A stretch of 50,961 nt of DNA from assembly GCA_020723065.1 (NCBI GenBank), contig DYJP01000006.1, positions 1 to 50,961 of the forward strand, in the 5' to 3' direction. This stretch comes from Candidatus Micrarchaeum sp. (GTDB lineage: Archaea; Micrarchaeota; Micrarchaeia; CABMEP01). This document shows, piece after piece, positions 26,799 to 36,661 of the stretch (within the stretch, counting starts at the first letter, position 1; each line of letters begins with the position of its first letter). The notes beneath the pieces are model-generated. The model was given only the letters and a program-made list of their open reading frames with translations, was not told the origin of the DNA and did not search any database. The position numbers and the translations under genes were made by a program.

Positions 26799-27230
26799 TC
26801 AGACATCTATTATTACTTGCGCTCTCCACCCCTTCTTTGTTTTTTCAACTTCAAATTTATGCATTGTCACTGCCTTGGCGTCGATTACTATATCATGACG
26901 TTTCGGATCGATATTTTCTCCTTTTGCCTCAACTTTCAGTAGATAATTTCCTTCCTTTTCAGTTATTTCAACCTTAAATTCGCTGAAGAACATCCGTTCT
27001 GTATCTTTCAGGAAAATTAATTCATCTAAAAAGTCGAAAAGGAGTTTACTTAGGTCCCCATCTTTTTTCTCTATTTTCTTGCTAATCTTCGGCATAATCT
27101 TTTTCGGATCTCTGACCATGGTTCCGAGAACTGCAACACCTGCGGATTCGAACATTTCTTCTGGAGTTCTGCCAGTGGCTTCGAATGCTACATCTGCATG
27201 AGTCAGTCCTTCAAGATATTTGTAAGGCAT
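26799..27230 (-). CDS. Archease
   Basis: HADVAFEATG, LLFDFLDELIF, KAVTMH, VIIDV; downstream of rtcB. Confidence 0.95.
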   Translation of the reverse strand: MPYKYLEGLTHADVAFEATGRTPEEMFESAGVAVLGTMVRDPKKIMPKISKKIEKKDGDLSKLLFDFLDELIFLKDTERMFFSEFKVEITEKEGNYLLKVEAKGENIDPKRHDIVIDAKAVTMHKFEVEKTKKGWRAQVIIDV

Positions 27231-27242
27231 GTTTATTCCCAA

Positions 27243-28703
27243 TTAACCTTTGATATTGGCTATAGGCAGGAATCTTACTGCTTTCTTTGATATTCCGGCC
27301 AAATCTATTGCTTCGATTACACTATCAATGTTCTTGTACGCAGCCCCTGCTTCTTCTGCCAATCCTGAAATGCTGTCGGTTTTGACCATTATGCCACGTT
27401 TTTCCATATCTTTCTGAAGCTGATCTCCCTTGAACTGCTGTTTCGCTGCGGCTCTTGACATTGTTCTTCCACTTCCATGAGCCGTGGATCCCCAGGTTTC
27501 TTCTTCAGCTTTCTTAGTCCCGAGTAGCAAATAACTTCCAGTTTCCATTGAACCTCCTACTATGACTGGCTGGCCTATTTCTAAGTATTCTTTCGGAATT
27601 TCTGGATTGTTTGGTCCGAACGCTCGCGTTGCTCCCTTTCTATGAACTATAACTTCCTTCCAGTTTCCTTCTATTAAGTACTTTTCAAGCTTTGCTGTGT
27701 TGTGAGTAACGTCATAAATTTGATGTAGTCCAAGCGTTTCAGCATCTGATTTGAATACCTTGCTGAAGACCTCGCGTATCCTATGCAGGATTACTTGTCT
27801 ATTTGCGAATGCCATATTCATTCCACCCTTCATTGCAGAGAAGTAGGTCTGCCCTTCCGGTGAATTGAAAGGCGCACATGCGAGTTCCTTGTCAAGTATC
27901 TTTATATTGTATTTCGATTTCATCACATTAAGGAAAGTGTTAAGTGAGTCTGTCGCGACCTGGTGTCCGAATCCCCTGCTACCGCAGTGGAACATCACCA
28001 CAACTTGGTTCGGGAATATCCCCATCTTCTTAGCAGCTTCTTTGTCGTAGATATTTTCTTCCTTCACTACCTGTATCTCTAGATAGTGGTTTCCAGATCC
28101 TAGCGTTCCTATCTGGTCGTATCCTCTTGCGATGGCTCTCTGGCTTATCTTTGAAGGGTCAGCCCCACTCATGCGACCGTGTTCTTCTGTTCTTTCTAGA
28201 TCCTCTTCCCATCCATAGCCTTTTCTGACTGCCCATTCCGCGCCGTCCTCTATTACTTTCTTAAATTCATCTTTGGTTATTTTTACGAATCCAGTTCCAC
28301 CGACCCCAGATGGGACTTGCTTGAACAGTTCCTCGATCAATTCTTTGAGTTTTGGCTTTACTTCGTCTATGGTTAAATTTGTGCGGGCAAGTCTCATTCC
28401 ACAATTTATGTCGAAGCCGACACCGCCAGGAGATATGACCCCTTCGTTCGTATCAAATGCCGCGACTCCACCTATTGGGAACCCGTATCCAGAATGTCCG
28501 TCTGGCATTACGTATGAGTGACCTTGGATTCCTGGAAGTGTAGCCACGTTGGAAGCCTGGTCGAATACTGCTAAATCCATATCATTGAGAAGCTTCTTTG
28601 TTGAGTATATCCTTACTGGGACCCTCATCCCTTCTTTAAATGAAGGGGAGATTTCCCATACGTAATCGTTTATTTTTTTGAATTCCGGTTTCTTCAAAGG
28701 CAT
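27243..28703 (-). CDS. rtcB: RNA-splicing ligase RtcB
   Basis: MPDGHSGYGFPIG, GFDINCG, GTLGSGNHYLE, HRKGAT, HGSGR, EEAGAAYK. Confidence 0.97.
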   Translation of the reverse strand: MPLKKPEFKKINDYVWEISPSFKEGMRVPVRIYSTKKLLNDMDLAVFDQASNVATLPGIQGHSYVMPDGHSGYGFPIGGVAAFDTNEGVISPGGVGFDINCGMRLARTNLTIDEVKPKLKELIEELFKQVPSGVGGTGFVKITKDEFKKVIEDGAEWAVRKGYGWEEDLERTEEHGRMSGADPSKISQRAIARGYDQIGTLGSGNHYLEIQVVKEENIYDKEAAKKMGIFPNQVVVMFHCGSRGFGHQVATDSLNTFLNVMKSKYNIKILDKELACAPFNSPEGQTYFSAMKGGMNMAFANRQVILHRIREVFSKVFKSDAETLGLHQIYDVTHNTAKLEKYLIEGNWKEVIVHRKGATRAFGPNNPEIPKEYLEIGQPVIVGGSMETGSYLLLGTKKAEEETWGSTAHGSGRTMSRAAAKQQFKGDQLQKDMEKRGIMVKTDSISGLAEEAGAAYKNIDSVIEAIDLAGISKKAVRFLPIANIKG

Positions 28704-28847
28704 ATGATCACCACGAACAATTAGAACTGCGTTAATTGATTTTCAAATCAATTATACTATTTATCTTGTCACTATTTATTAATCTTTATAATTAATTTAC
28801 TTTAGATTGTATTTGGCATCAACCAGTTAGGCTAAGGTAGTGAGCGC

Positions 28848-30263
28848 ATGCAAAAAGATGCACATCTGATTCAAAGAACAAGGACAATGAACCTTTCAAT
28901 TTTAGAAGGAAGCTTGTTTTCCTGCATGGTCGGCTTTGCCCAGTATTTCATAACTCCGTTTGCCGTATTCTTGGGCCTTTCGGATTTTTCTATCGGTCTT
29001 CTCCGTTCGTTTTCAGCTTTAAGTTCTGCAGTTGGCTATTATTTCGGACTTTGGCTTATTCAATTTGAGAAAATGAGGAAAACATTCATTTCAAAGCTTA
29101 TTTTTTACCAAGCATACCTGCTTCTTGCCTTTATTGGTCTTCAGCTTCTTCCAATAGACAAGTCGGTGCCATTAATAATACTTTATTCGGTATTTCTGAT
29201 GTTTAGTTCTGCGATTTCTCCGATTTGGACTGGGTTGATGAGGGACATTGTACTAGAAAAAAATCGTGCATCATATTTTGGGAAGAGGAACAAGGTTGCG
29301 GGATTCTTTGAGTTTGTGTCATCCTTAATCAGTGGAGCGATACTGACTTATTTTACCAATAATCCTTTTTTGGGGTTTGGAATCATTTTTCTTCTTGGTT
29401 TTTCATCAAGATTTCTGTCAGGCAAGCTCATACTTAAGCATTGGGATCCGTCTCCAAAAATCATCCCTCCAGATATTTCGCTTTCCTTTATCAATGACAA
29501 GTACTTAAACAATCTGGCGTTGCTTTCCGCAGGAATGCTTTTCGCTACAAACATAGCCGCGCCGTTTTTCGCAGTATTCATGCTCAAGGATCTCAATTTT
29601 TCTTACATGGATTTCACGATTGCAACCATTGCAAGCATATTGGGAACGCTCATAACACAGCCTTACTGGGGAAAGCTCATAGACAGATATGGCACCCGCG
29701 TGGTGCTTTTCTCAACCAGCATCCTGATTCCATTCATTCCTCTTCTCTGGATTCCCGCAGTTGATCTTTCCTACGTCATCCTAATCCAGATATATTCAGG
29801 GGCTGCTTGGGCTGGTTTCGATCTTGCGATATTTAATCTTCTTCTAAAGATAGCATCTAAACGGAACCTTGAGTCGTATTCAGCGTATCTCAATGGGATT
29901 TCTGTGTTTGGCACTTTTTTCGGAGGACTGTTAGGCAGTTTCATTGTGCTTTTAATAGAAATAGTTCCGTTCGGAATAGTGAGCAACCTACAACTTATAT
30001 TCATAATTTCAGGTTTGACAAGATTTCTGATAGTTGCGATTACAATACCAAAAATTACAAAAGACGTAAGTAAGGAATCTATACAATTCTTCATGAAGGT
30101 CATTACAATTTATCCGATGAAGGGGATTCTTTCTGAATTCGAGCAGAATTCCAACCTTGCATTCTCCATAGCCTTCAGAGGTTCCGATCTTTTATTGCAT
30201 CCGATCCGATCCCTTAGTTACACTTCAAAATCCATCCATTCGAAGTTAAAACTATTTAAATGA
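28848..30263 (+). CDS. MFS transporter
   Basis: About 12 hydrophobic helices, WGKLIDRYGTR motif A. Confidence 0.9.
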   Translation: MQKDAHLIQRTRTMNLSILEGSLFSCMVGFAQYFITPFAVFLGLSDFSIGLLRSFSALSSAVGYYFGLWLIQFEKMRKTFISKLIFYQAYLLLAFIGLQLLPIDKSVPLIILYSVFLMFSSAISPIWTGLMRDIVLEKNRASYFGKRNKVAGFFEFVSSLISGAILTYFTNNPFLGFGIIFLLGFSSRFLSGKLILKHWDPSPKIIPPDISLSFINDKYLNNLALLSAGMLFATNIAAPFFAVFMLKDLNFSYMDFTIATIASILGTLITQPYWGKLIDRYGTRVVLFSTSILIPFIPLLWIPAVDLSYVILIQIYSGAAWAGFDLAIFNLLLKIASKRNLESYSAYLNGISVFGTFFGGLLGSFIVLLIEIVPFGIVSNLQLIFIISGLTRFLIVAITIPKITKDVSKESIQFFMKVITIYPMKGILSEFEQNSNLAFSIAFRGSDLLLHPIRSLSYTSKSIHSKLKLFK

Positions 30264-30325
30264 TGCCTGAGTAATATATGTGTTAACTAAATGCCGCATA
30301 TTATGTGGTCAGAACAAGTGGTTTA

Positions 30326-30832
30326 ATGCAAGTTGTGAAGATTCCGGCCGAACGCATAGCTGTATTGAATTCGTATCTAAAACAGCTAGAGGAGAATGGG
30401 AATATCGAGCTTTTGGTATCTGCAGACGAAGGTGTTTCGATCATTTCTGAGGATCCTATTGCAGAATGGAAGGCGATAAATGTAATAAAGGCTATAGGGA
30501 GAGGTTTCGATCCCTCAATTGCAGTAAAGCTTTTCAGCGATGATTACGTTTTCAATCTTATCAACCTTAAGGATGCTTTTGATAAGGAGAAGCAGAGAGT
30601 AAGGGTAAGGTCCAGGCTAATAGGCACGAAAGGCAAGACCAGGGCAACCATAGAGGAAGTAAGCGGCGCCAGCGTATGTATTTATGGAAATACTATAGGG
30701 TTCATAGGTAAACCCGAACAGGTTGCAATCGCAGTAGAAGCTGCAAATATGATAATCAATGGAGTCAACCACACCACAGTTTACATGTTCCTGAGAAAGG
30801 AAAGGAAGAAATTAGAACAAAACCGTTTATAA
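30326..30832 (+). CDS. KH-domain rRNA processing protein Dim2/Pno1
   Basis: IPAERIA, IKAIGRGF, RLIGTKGKTR, H..VY. Confidence 0.92.
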   Translation: MQVVKIPAERIAVLNSYLKQLEENGNIELLVSADEGVSIISEDPIAEWKAINVIKAIGRGFDPSIAVKLFSDDYVFNLINLKDAFDKEKQRVRVRSRLIGTKGKTRATIEEVSGASVCIYGNTIGFIGKPEQVAIAVEAANMIINGVNHTTVYMFLRKERKKLEQNRL

Positions 30833-30953
30833 TTTTTTTCTTACAATTAGTATCAGTTAAGGACAAGGGCGACCTAAAAAATTTAAAATATAATTTGTTC
30901 TTAGAATATGAGTCCATCTCAAAGTTTATGATTATTCGACCAAAGGTGTTTAT

Positions 30954-32756
30954 ATGGAAAAAACTGAAGATTTATCTCAGGATTTAGTCAAGGGTGACGT
31001 TTCCGCGCCAATAAGCGATCAGCTTCCGAGTCAACTTAAAGTCGAGCCGCCAAAGACGCAGAGTCCGATTACAGCAGTAGGAACAAAATCTACCGCGATA
31101 ACTGCTGGGGTTCCTGCTGAAATAGACAAGATTGAAAGCAAGGAGATATTCTCGGAATTCCGAGAACATTCTGTTGCAGAATTCTTTAAGAAGAATAGAC
31201 AGATGCTTGGTTTCTCGGGAAAGATAAGATCACTGACAACTTTGGTGCATGAATATGTTACCAACAGCTTGGATGCTTGTGAAGAAGCGAAGATACTTCC
31301 TAATATTTATGTAAAGATAGAAAATCTTCCAGACCAGCATGTAAGGTTATATATAGAGGATAACGGTCCTGGAATTCCGAAGCAATTCGTAGGAAGGGCA
31401 TTGGGTCAAATGCTTGCAGGAACAAAGTTTCACAGGTTTGTACAGCAGAGAGGGCAGCAGGGTATTGGAGCAACTGGAGGAACGATGTATGCTCAGATCA
31501 CTACTGGAAAACCAGTGCATTGCAGGTCAGGAATCGGAGATAATAATATTTTCGAATGTGATATCGCAGTAGATCTCAAGACAAATTCACCTAAAATTTC
31601 GAATATGGTGGAGTACACCGGCAAGTACCGCGGTCTCACAATAGTCGGGGAGTTCAGTGAAGTTAAGTATGACAAGAGCGAATATGCTCCATTTGAATAT
31701 CTCAAGGCTACTGCATTAGCGAATCCACATGCTCAGATCACAGTAGTTGAACCCAATGGAGAGAGAACTGTTTTTGAAAGGGCACATAATGAAGTTCCGG
31801 AAAGACCAAAGCCTGCACAACCGCACCCGTTAGGAGTCACTACAGATGACCTCATCAATTATTCTCATCACTCAAAGGAAAGGAAGCTTTCATCTTTCCT
31901 TACTTCGAATTTTGCAAGAATCTCTGATTCAAAGGTTGATGAGCTCAGGAAGCTCTGTCCTTCGATCAATTTTGACAAGATGCCACGGGAACTTAAATGG
32001 GAGGAAGCTGAAGCGCTGGTAAACGCATTCAAGCAGATCAAGTGGATCGCCCCTTCCGCTGACCCGCTTAGGCCGATCGGAAAAGAACAGATAGAGAAGG
32101 CATTGAAGAACGTTCTTAAGCCAGAATTTATTTCCATTTCAGAACGGGCTCCAAAGGTTTTCAGGGGAGGAGTTCCATTCCTAGTGGAAGTTGGAATCGC
32201 ATATAAAGGAAAGTCCGGAAGAGAGAAGTCGGACGGTTTTGTCGGGCTTGATGTCAAGCGTTTCGCAAACAGGGCGCCGCTGCTTTTCGATGCAGGAGGA
32301 TGTGCAACTATGGAAGCAGTTAAGACTATCGATTGGAACAGGTATGGGCTCAAGGACATTGAGAACATGCCAGTGACGATCTTCATGAACCTTGTTTCGG
32401 TTCACGTTCCTTATACTAGTGCGGGTAAGCAGGCGATCTCTACGGAAGAAGAGATTGTCGAGGAGTTTAGATATGCGCTTATGGAGGTTGCAAGAGATCT
32501 TGACAGATACATTTCAGGAAAGATAAGGGATGAACAGAGGGAGTCTAGGAAGAAGGCGATCAAGAGATATGTAAAGCAACTTGCATCGGATTTGCCATAT
32601 CTTGCAGGAAGAGGCAATACTCCAGAGATAGAGAAGAAGCTTATATATCTAATAGAGAACAAGTATGCTAAGATTTTTGATAAGTCCACTAGGTTGACTG
32701 CAGATGAGGTGAAGGCCGCAAAGAAAGAACAGGTGGAAGCGGAAATAGAGGAGTAA
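30954..32756 (+). CDS. top6B: DNA topoisomerase VI subunit B
   Basis: SVAEFFKKN, EYVTNSLDA, DNGPG, QRGQQGIG, RFANRAPL, PYTSAGK. Confidence 0.97.
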   Translation: MEKTEDLSQDLVKGDVSAPISDQLPSQLKVEPPKTQSPITAVGTKSTAITAGVPAEIDKIESKEIFSEFREHSVAEFFKKNRQMLGFSGKIRSLTTLVHEYVTNSLDACEEAKILPNIYVKIENLPDQHVRLYIEDNGPGIPKQFVGRALGQMLAGTKFHRFVQQRGQQGIGATGGTMYAQITTGKPVHCRSGIGDNNIFECDIAVDLKTNSPKISNMVEYTGKYRGLTIVGEFSEVKYDKSEYAPFEYLKATALANPHAQITVVEPNGERTVFERAHNEVPERPKPAQPHPLGVTTDDLINYSHHSKERKLSSFLTSNFARISDSKVDELRKLCPSINFDKMPRELKWEEAEALVNAFKQIKWIAPSADPLRPIGKEQIEKALKNVLKPEFISISERAPKVFRGGVPFLVEVGIAYKGKSGREKSDGFVGLDVKRFANRAPLLFDAGGCATMEAVKTIDWNRYGLKDIENMPVTIFMNLVSVHVPYTSAGKQAISTEEEIVEEFRYALMEVARDLDRYISGKIRDEQRESRKKAIKRYVKQLASDLPYLAGRGNTPEIEKKLIYLIENKYAKIFDKSTRLTADEVKAAKKEQVEAEIEE

Positions 32757-32768
32757 TAGGTGATACTT

Positions 32769-33890
32769 ATGGTGAAAAAGTCAGACATTAAAGCAGGAAA
32801 AGATAACGCAGTGAGCAAGTTAGAATCGATGGGTAACACCCTTCTTACTGAGATAGAGAAGGAACAGTCTCCTTCTTTTGAGGCTCCGCTCCGTGGAAGG
32901 TCTAATGTTTTTCACAATGAAAAGACAGGGTGCCTTTATCTTGGAGAAAAGAAGGAGAAAAGGTTCTTTCTCAATGTGGCCCAGGCGAAGAAATTCATGC
33001 AGACAGTAGCAGTTGCGTCTAAGTGTAAGAAGTTCAAAGAAGAGAATCTCCACACTTCAATAAGAGGTTTGTTCTACCAGCTAAAATTTACTTTAGGAGA
33101 TGATATAGACGAGGAGCTTTTCGAGGAGCAGAGTGAATCAAATGAATTGGTGGAGGATCTCGAAGTGTCTCTTGCGGTGAAAAGAGAGGAGCTCAATCTT
33201 AATACTGCGAGAAAGGGAGTGGTTGCAGGTCCAATCAGGATAAAGGATAAGTTTGCTGGGGATGAGACAATAATTGACGGTACAAAGCAGGGTCGTTCTG
33301 GATGGATGATTCCTTCCGATGTGGATAATGGAATGGAGCTGCTGGATGTTGACGCGGATTATGTTCTAGTGGTGGAAAAAGATGCTATGTGGCAGAGGCT
33401 TAATGAGGACAAGTTCTGGAAGAAGGAGAATTGTATTCTTATTTCGCCTCAAGGTCAAGCATCTAGAGGATGCAGACGATTGATTAGAAGGCTTGCAGAT
33501 CTAAAGCTTCCAATTTACTGCTTTGCGGATTGTGATGCATGGGGATGGTATATCTACTGGACTATTAAAACTGGGAGTATGAATCTTGCATATCTTGGGG
33601 AGAGTATAGCGACTCCGGAAGCGAAGTTCCTTGGTGTGACAATGTCAGATATAGACACTTATGATTTTCTCAGTAAGTTGACGATTAGGGCGAAGGAAGT
33701 GGACATTAAGAGGGCGGAAGAGATGCTTACATATCCGTGGATCAATAAGCACCCTGAATGGGTTAATGAGCTCAAGACTGTTCTTGAAGTGAAGAAGAAG
33801 CTCGAACAGGACGCTCTTCAAGGTCCGAGACTCACTTTCGTAGCGGACTACGTCAGGGAGAAGATAGAAAAGAAGAAGTTCTTGCCGTAA
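32769..33890 (+). CDS. top6A: DNA topoisomerase VI subunit A
   Basis: SIRGLFYQ catalytic Tyr, VVEKDA, DCDAWG, EQDAL. Confidence 0.96.
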   Translation: MVKKSDIKAGKDNAVSKLESMGNTLLTEIEKEQSPSFEAPLRGRSNVFHNEKTGCLYLGEKKEKRFFLNVAQAKKFMQTVAVASKCKKFKEENLHTSIRGLFYQLKFTLGDDIDEELFEEQSESNELVEDLEVSLAVKREELNLNTARKGVVAGPIRIKDKFAGDETIIDGTKQGRSGWMIPSDVDNGMELLDVDADYVLVVEKDAMWQRLNEDKFWKKENCILISPQGQASRGCRRLIRRLADLKLPIYCFADCDAWGWYIYWTIKTGSMNLAYLGESIATPEAKFLGVTMSDIDTYDFLSKLTIRAKEVDIKRAEEMLTYPWINKHPEWVNELKTVLEVKKKLEQDALQGPRLTFVADYVREKIEKKKFLP

Positions 33891-34267
33891 TTCTCTTCGG
33901 CTTTTTTTCATCTTTCTTTTTTTATTTTTCTTTTTTTTCATTTTTAGTTTATTTTTTTATTTTTTAGTGTCATTTTCGATTCCAATCTCGATCTTAATTT
34001 TCGGTATGATATTTGTTTTTTGCATTTTCCGTTTTTAGCATTTTTCGTTTTTTAAATTATTGTTCGTATTTTTTTCTTAAAAAATTTCCAAATATGTGCA
34101 ATATTGTTTTTGTTCATATTTTTTTTGTCATTTCTAAACATATATACAACATATTGTGTTTTATTTTTTTATCAATTACTTCATATTGTGGAAAATTTTT
34201 CCGTCGTTTGATGAATTTTTTAGAAAATGTAGAAAGCTTTTTAAAGGTCAGACATTCTAAATATCCT

Positions 34268-35578
34268 ATGGTAACCCGCTCGTTTCGTGACTCAACCCTG
34301 CTTATTGCAGAAGCAAATAATTTTTTGGATCGTTTAGAACGACCCAAGACAGTCAAGGAGATCGAACAGAACCTGACGTCCCTCGCAAGGATAAAGGAGG
34401 AGATGATGTCCGCAGGTTTCAATGCCACTTTTCCTGAATTGATGTTTAATATTAAAGCAGAGATGATAGACGAAGAAGTCTCTTCCGACATAGGAAAGCA
34501 GCTCAAATCTCTCAGGGAATTTGCAAATCTTAAGAAGCACACTTTGAGTAGGGTCAGAATTGCAATTGCAGCGCATAATATAATGTACAATATGCTGCAG
34601 AGGGGTACAATCTACGAATTCGCCAACTATCTTCCGTTCAATGGGCAGTATCTTTATAATTTGATTTATTTAGGTGAGCCTGCTATAAGGGCATATAATG
34701 CAGTGAATGTGATTCTCTCTCAGAAAAAGGACGAGAAGGGTGGAGAATATACGGTCATACTCTCTGTTGACGGAAACAAAGAAACCCTCAAGTTGGATTC
34801 GAATCAGAATCTTGGTGACAGAGTTAAGAGAATCTACGGCGAGGGCGCTTCAATACTCAGCATCACCCGTAGAAAGACCGAGCTTCCGCTTGTAAATGGA
34901 AGGAGCAACAGGGTAGCGATTTCTGTTGCATACGCACAGCTTGCTGCGAAAAACATTTATCAGAAGCTTAGTGGAAAAGTTTCCCTTACAAATGAGAAGC
35001 ACAAGTCTTACGCTTCAGTGCTTTCAAAATACGGGCTATCTGCGGACACAAGAGTGGACCTAATAGAGGATCGTGAGGCTCTGGAGGATGAACTATATTC
35101 CAAGAAGTTGCTCTTTGAGGAAAATAATACAAAGGTTCTCGATTCTAAGATCATAGTTTCGATCACCAAGAACAGGAAGAAGTATAACAGGGAAATTGTC
35201 AAGGAGGCAGAGAGGCTTCTCGCTGAAGATGTATTCTACTTCTTCATGTCTGAGTCTAAGAAAGTGCGTACGACTTATCCGTTGTTCAAAGGAATTTCAG
35301 GAGAGATCGATGACAGATTCGTGTTCCTTAAGAATTATGAGATAGGAAAGGCAAAGGAGCTTATTATGGAAAAGACTACTCTTGAGACCCTGGTTCCGAC
35401 TTCAAGCAAGGAACTCGCCGCAGTTTTGGTGATGAATTCAGGAAAGTCGAAATCGTGGTGTATGGATAAATTCAAACTTTCGGAAGCTGAGATTGAGGAC
35501 GCAAAGATGAAGCTCACTCCATATCTTAAGAGCATTTCATCTCAGGCGAAGGAGTTCTTGGATTTCATCAAAAAATAA
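34268..35578 (+). CDS. DUF530-like conserved archaeal protein
   Basis: STLLIAEANNFLD..GF..F..KKHTLSRVRIAIAAH..YLPFNG; the ORF-track N-terminus (34013-34267) is T-rich spacer. Confidence 0.7.
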   Translation: MVTRSFRDSTLLIAEANNFLDRLERPKTVKEIEQNLTSLARIKEEMMSAGFNATFPELMFNIKAEMIDEEVSSDIGKQLKSLREFANLKKHTLSRVRIAIAAHNIMYNMLQRGTIYEFANYLPFNGQYLYNLIYLGEPAIRAYNAVNVILSQKKDEKGGEYTVILSVDGNKETLKLDSNQNLGDRVKRIYGEGASILSITRRKTELPLVNGRSNRVAISVAYAQLAAKNIYQKLSGKVSLTNEKHKSYASVLSKYGLSADTRVDLIEDREALEDELYSKKLLFEENNTKVLDSKIIVSITKNRKKYNREIVKEAERLLAEDVFYFFMSESKKVRTTYPLFKGISGEIDDRFVFLKNYEIGKAKELIMEKTTLETLVPTSSKELAAVLVMNSGKSKSWCMDKFKLSEAEIEDAKMKLTPYLKSISSQAKEFLDFIKK

Positions 35579-35597
35579 CCTAGGCATAATAAACTAC

Positions 35598-35638
35598 GTC
35601 CGGTTCGGAATTTCTGGCTGGACACTTTTTTTATTTTT
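35598..35638 (+). terminator. Stem-loop followed by T-tract
   Basis: GTCCGGT...GCTGGAC arms followed by TTTTTTTATTTTT. Confidence 0.5.
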
Positions 35639-35667
35639 AGTCATCCTAAATAAATTGCAGGGGTCGC

Positions 35668-36003
35668 ATGGACGTAATAAAGAAGAAACTTTCAATTCGT
35701 GATGTTCTTAACATATTGAACCAGCCTTATGAAGTCAAGCGTCTCAGAATGAGCCGTGGAACTTTTAATTTTCTTCCTAAGCGCGTTCTTAAATCTCTTA
35801 GTAAAATGAACATCCAAATAGACGTGATAGACCTTAAAAGGGGACCGCAGGTGAGGGTGGACAGCGACAAGATACGAATGCTCTATAAGTCTGATGTTAA
35901 TGCCTATAATATCTCAAAAAAGCTTAAGATTCCGCTTAGAACTGTTTATTATCACATTAGTAAGGTCAAGAAAGAGGATATGAGAAAGTCGAACAATAAT
36001 TAA
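35668..36003 (+). CDS. Small protein with DUF1699-like N-terminus and C-terminal HTH
   Basis: C-terminal AYNISKKLKIPLRTVYYHI helix-turn-helix preceded by RGP. Confidence 0.65.
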   Translation: MDVIKKKLSIRDVLNILNQPYEVKRLRMSRGTFNFLPKRVLKSLSKMNIQIDVIDLKRGPQVRVDSDKIRMLYKSDVNAYNISKKLKIPLRTVYYHISKVKKEDMRKSNNN

Positions 36004-36064
36004 GCTATTTAATCATATCAAAAAGAATTTAAATGTGAACATATATTATACATATGTTTTTGAT

Positions 36065-36176
36065 GCCTCGGTAGCTCAGTTGGTAGAGCGTGTGGCTGTT
36101 ACGAAATTTTCGGATTATCATAATCCGTCAATTCACAGTAACCACAAGGTCAGAAGTTCGAGTCTTCTCCGGGGCG
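36065..36176 (+). tRNA. tRNA-Asn(GTT) with 39-nt intron (36102-36140) at position 37/38
   Basis: GCCTCGG/CCGGGGC acceptor stem; bulge-helix-bulge CTGT-TA|C-GAA...TTC-ACAG-TA|A; intron hairpin CGGATTA/TAATCCG. Confidence 0.96.
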
Positions 36177-36193
36177 CTTCTTTTTATTAATAA

Positions 36194-36661
36194 TTAGTTT
36201 ACAATTTCTATTTTTTCTTTGACCGATATGTTATGAGTTTTAGAGAAATTTTCATTCAGTTCGATGGCGTACAGCGCCTTTTCCTTTGGCGAATATACTT
36301 TACAGGATACGGTCTTGCAAGGTTGCATTTCCTGTATATCTATTATCGCATTTTCTTCATTTATAAAAAGAATTTCCAATGGAATAAGAGTATTCCTCAT
36401 CCAAAAAGAGTGGTAGCCTGGCTGGTCAAAGACAAATAGCATTCCTTCGTTTTCGGAAAGATTGGAGATTCCCATTAGACCGATTTCTCTTTTCTGTTCT
36501 GTATCTGCAACTTTAACTTCTATTAGGTTATTTTCGATTCTTATTTTTTTCACTTCGTAATTTTTTTCCGTGCCATTTTCCAGCGATGCCTGGTGCAATA
36601 CGTAAAATGTGAGGATTACAACCAAAGCTGAAGTTCCTACTACTAGATAGTCAAGTGCCAT
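36194..36661 (-). CDS. DUF192 family protein
   Basis: VADT..REIGLM..EGMLFVF..SFWMRNTLIPL..YAIELN. Confidence 0.92.
   Translation of the reverse strand: MALDYLVVGTSALVVILTFYVLHQASLENGTEKNYEVKKIRIENNLIEVKVADTEQKREIGLMGISNLSENEGMLFVFDQPGYHSFWMRNTLIPLEILFINEENAIIDIQEMQPCKTVSCKVYSPKEKALYAIELNENFSKTHNISVKEKIEIVN

Noticed and set aside
33645-33941. Lys-rich minus-strand ORF
   Set aside because: Produced by the poly-T terminator of top6A and runs antisense into it
34013-34267. Phe-rich N-terminal extension of the DUF530-like ORF
   Set aside because: Translation of T-rich spacer; a TATA-like box precedes ATG 34268 and family-like sequence starts there
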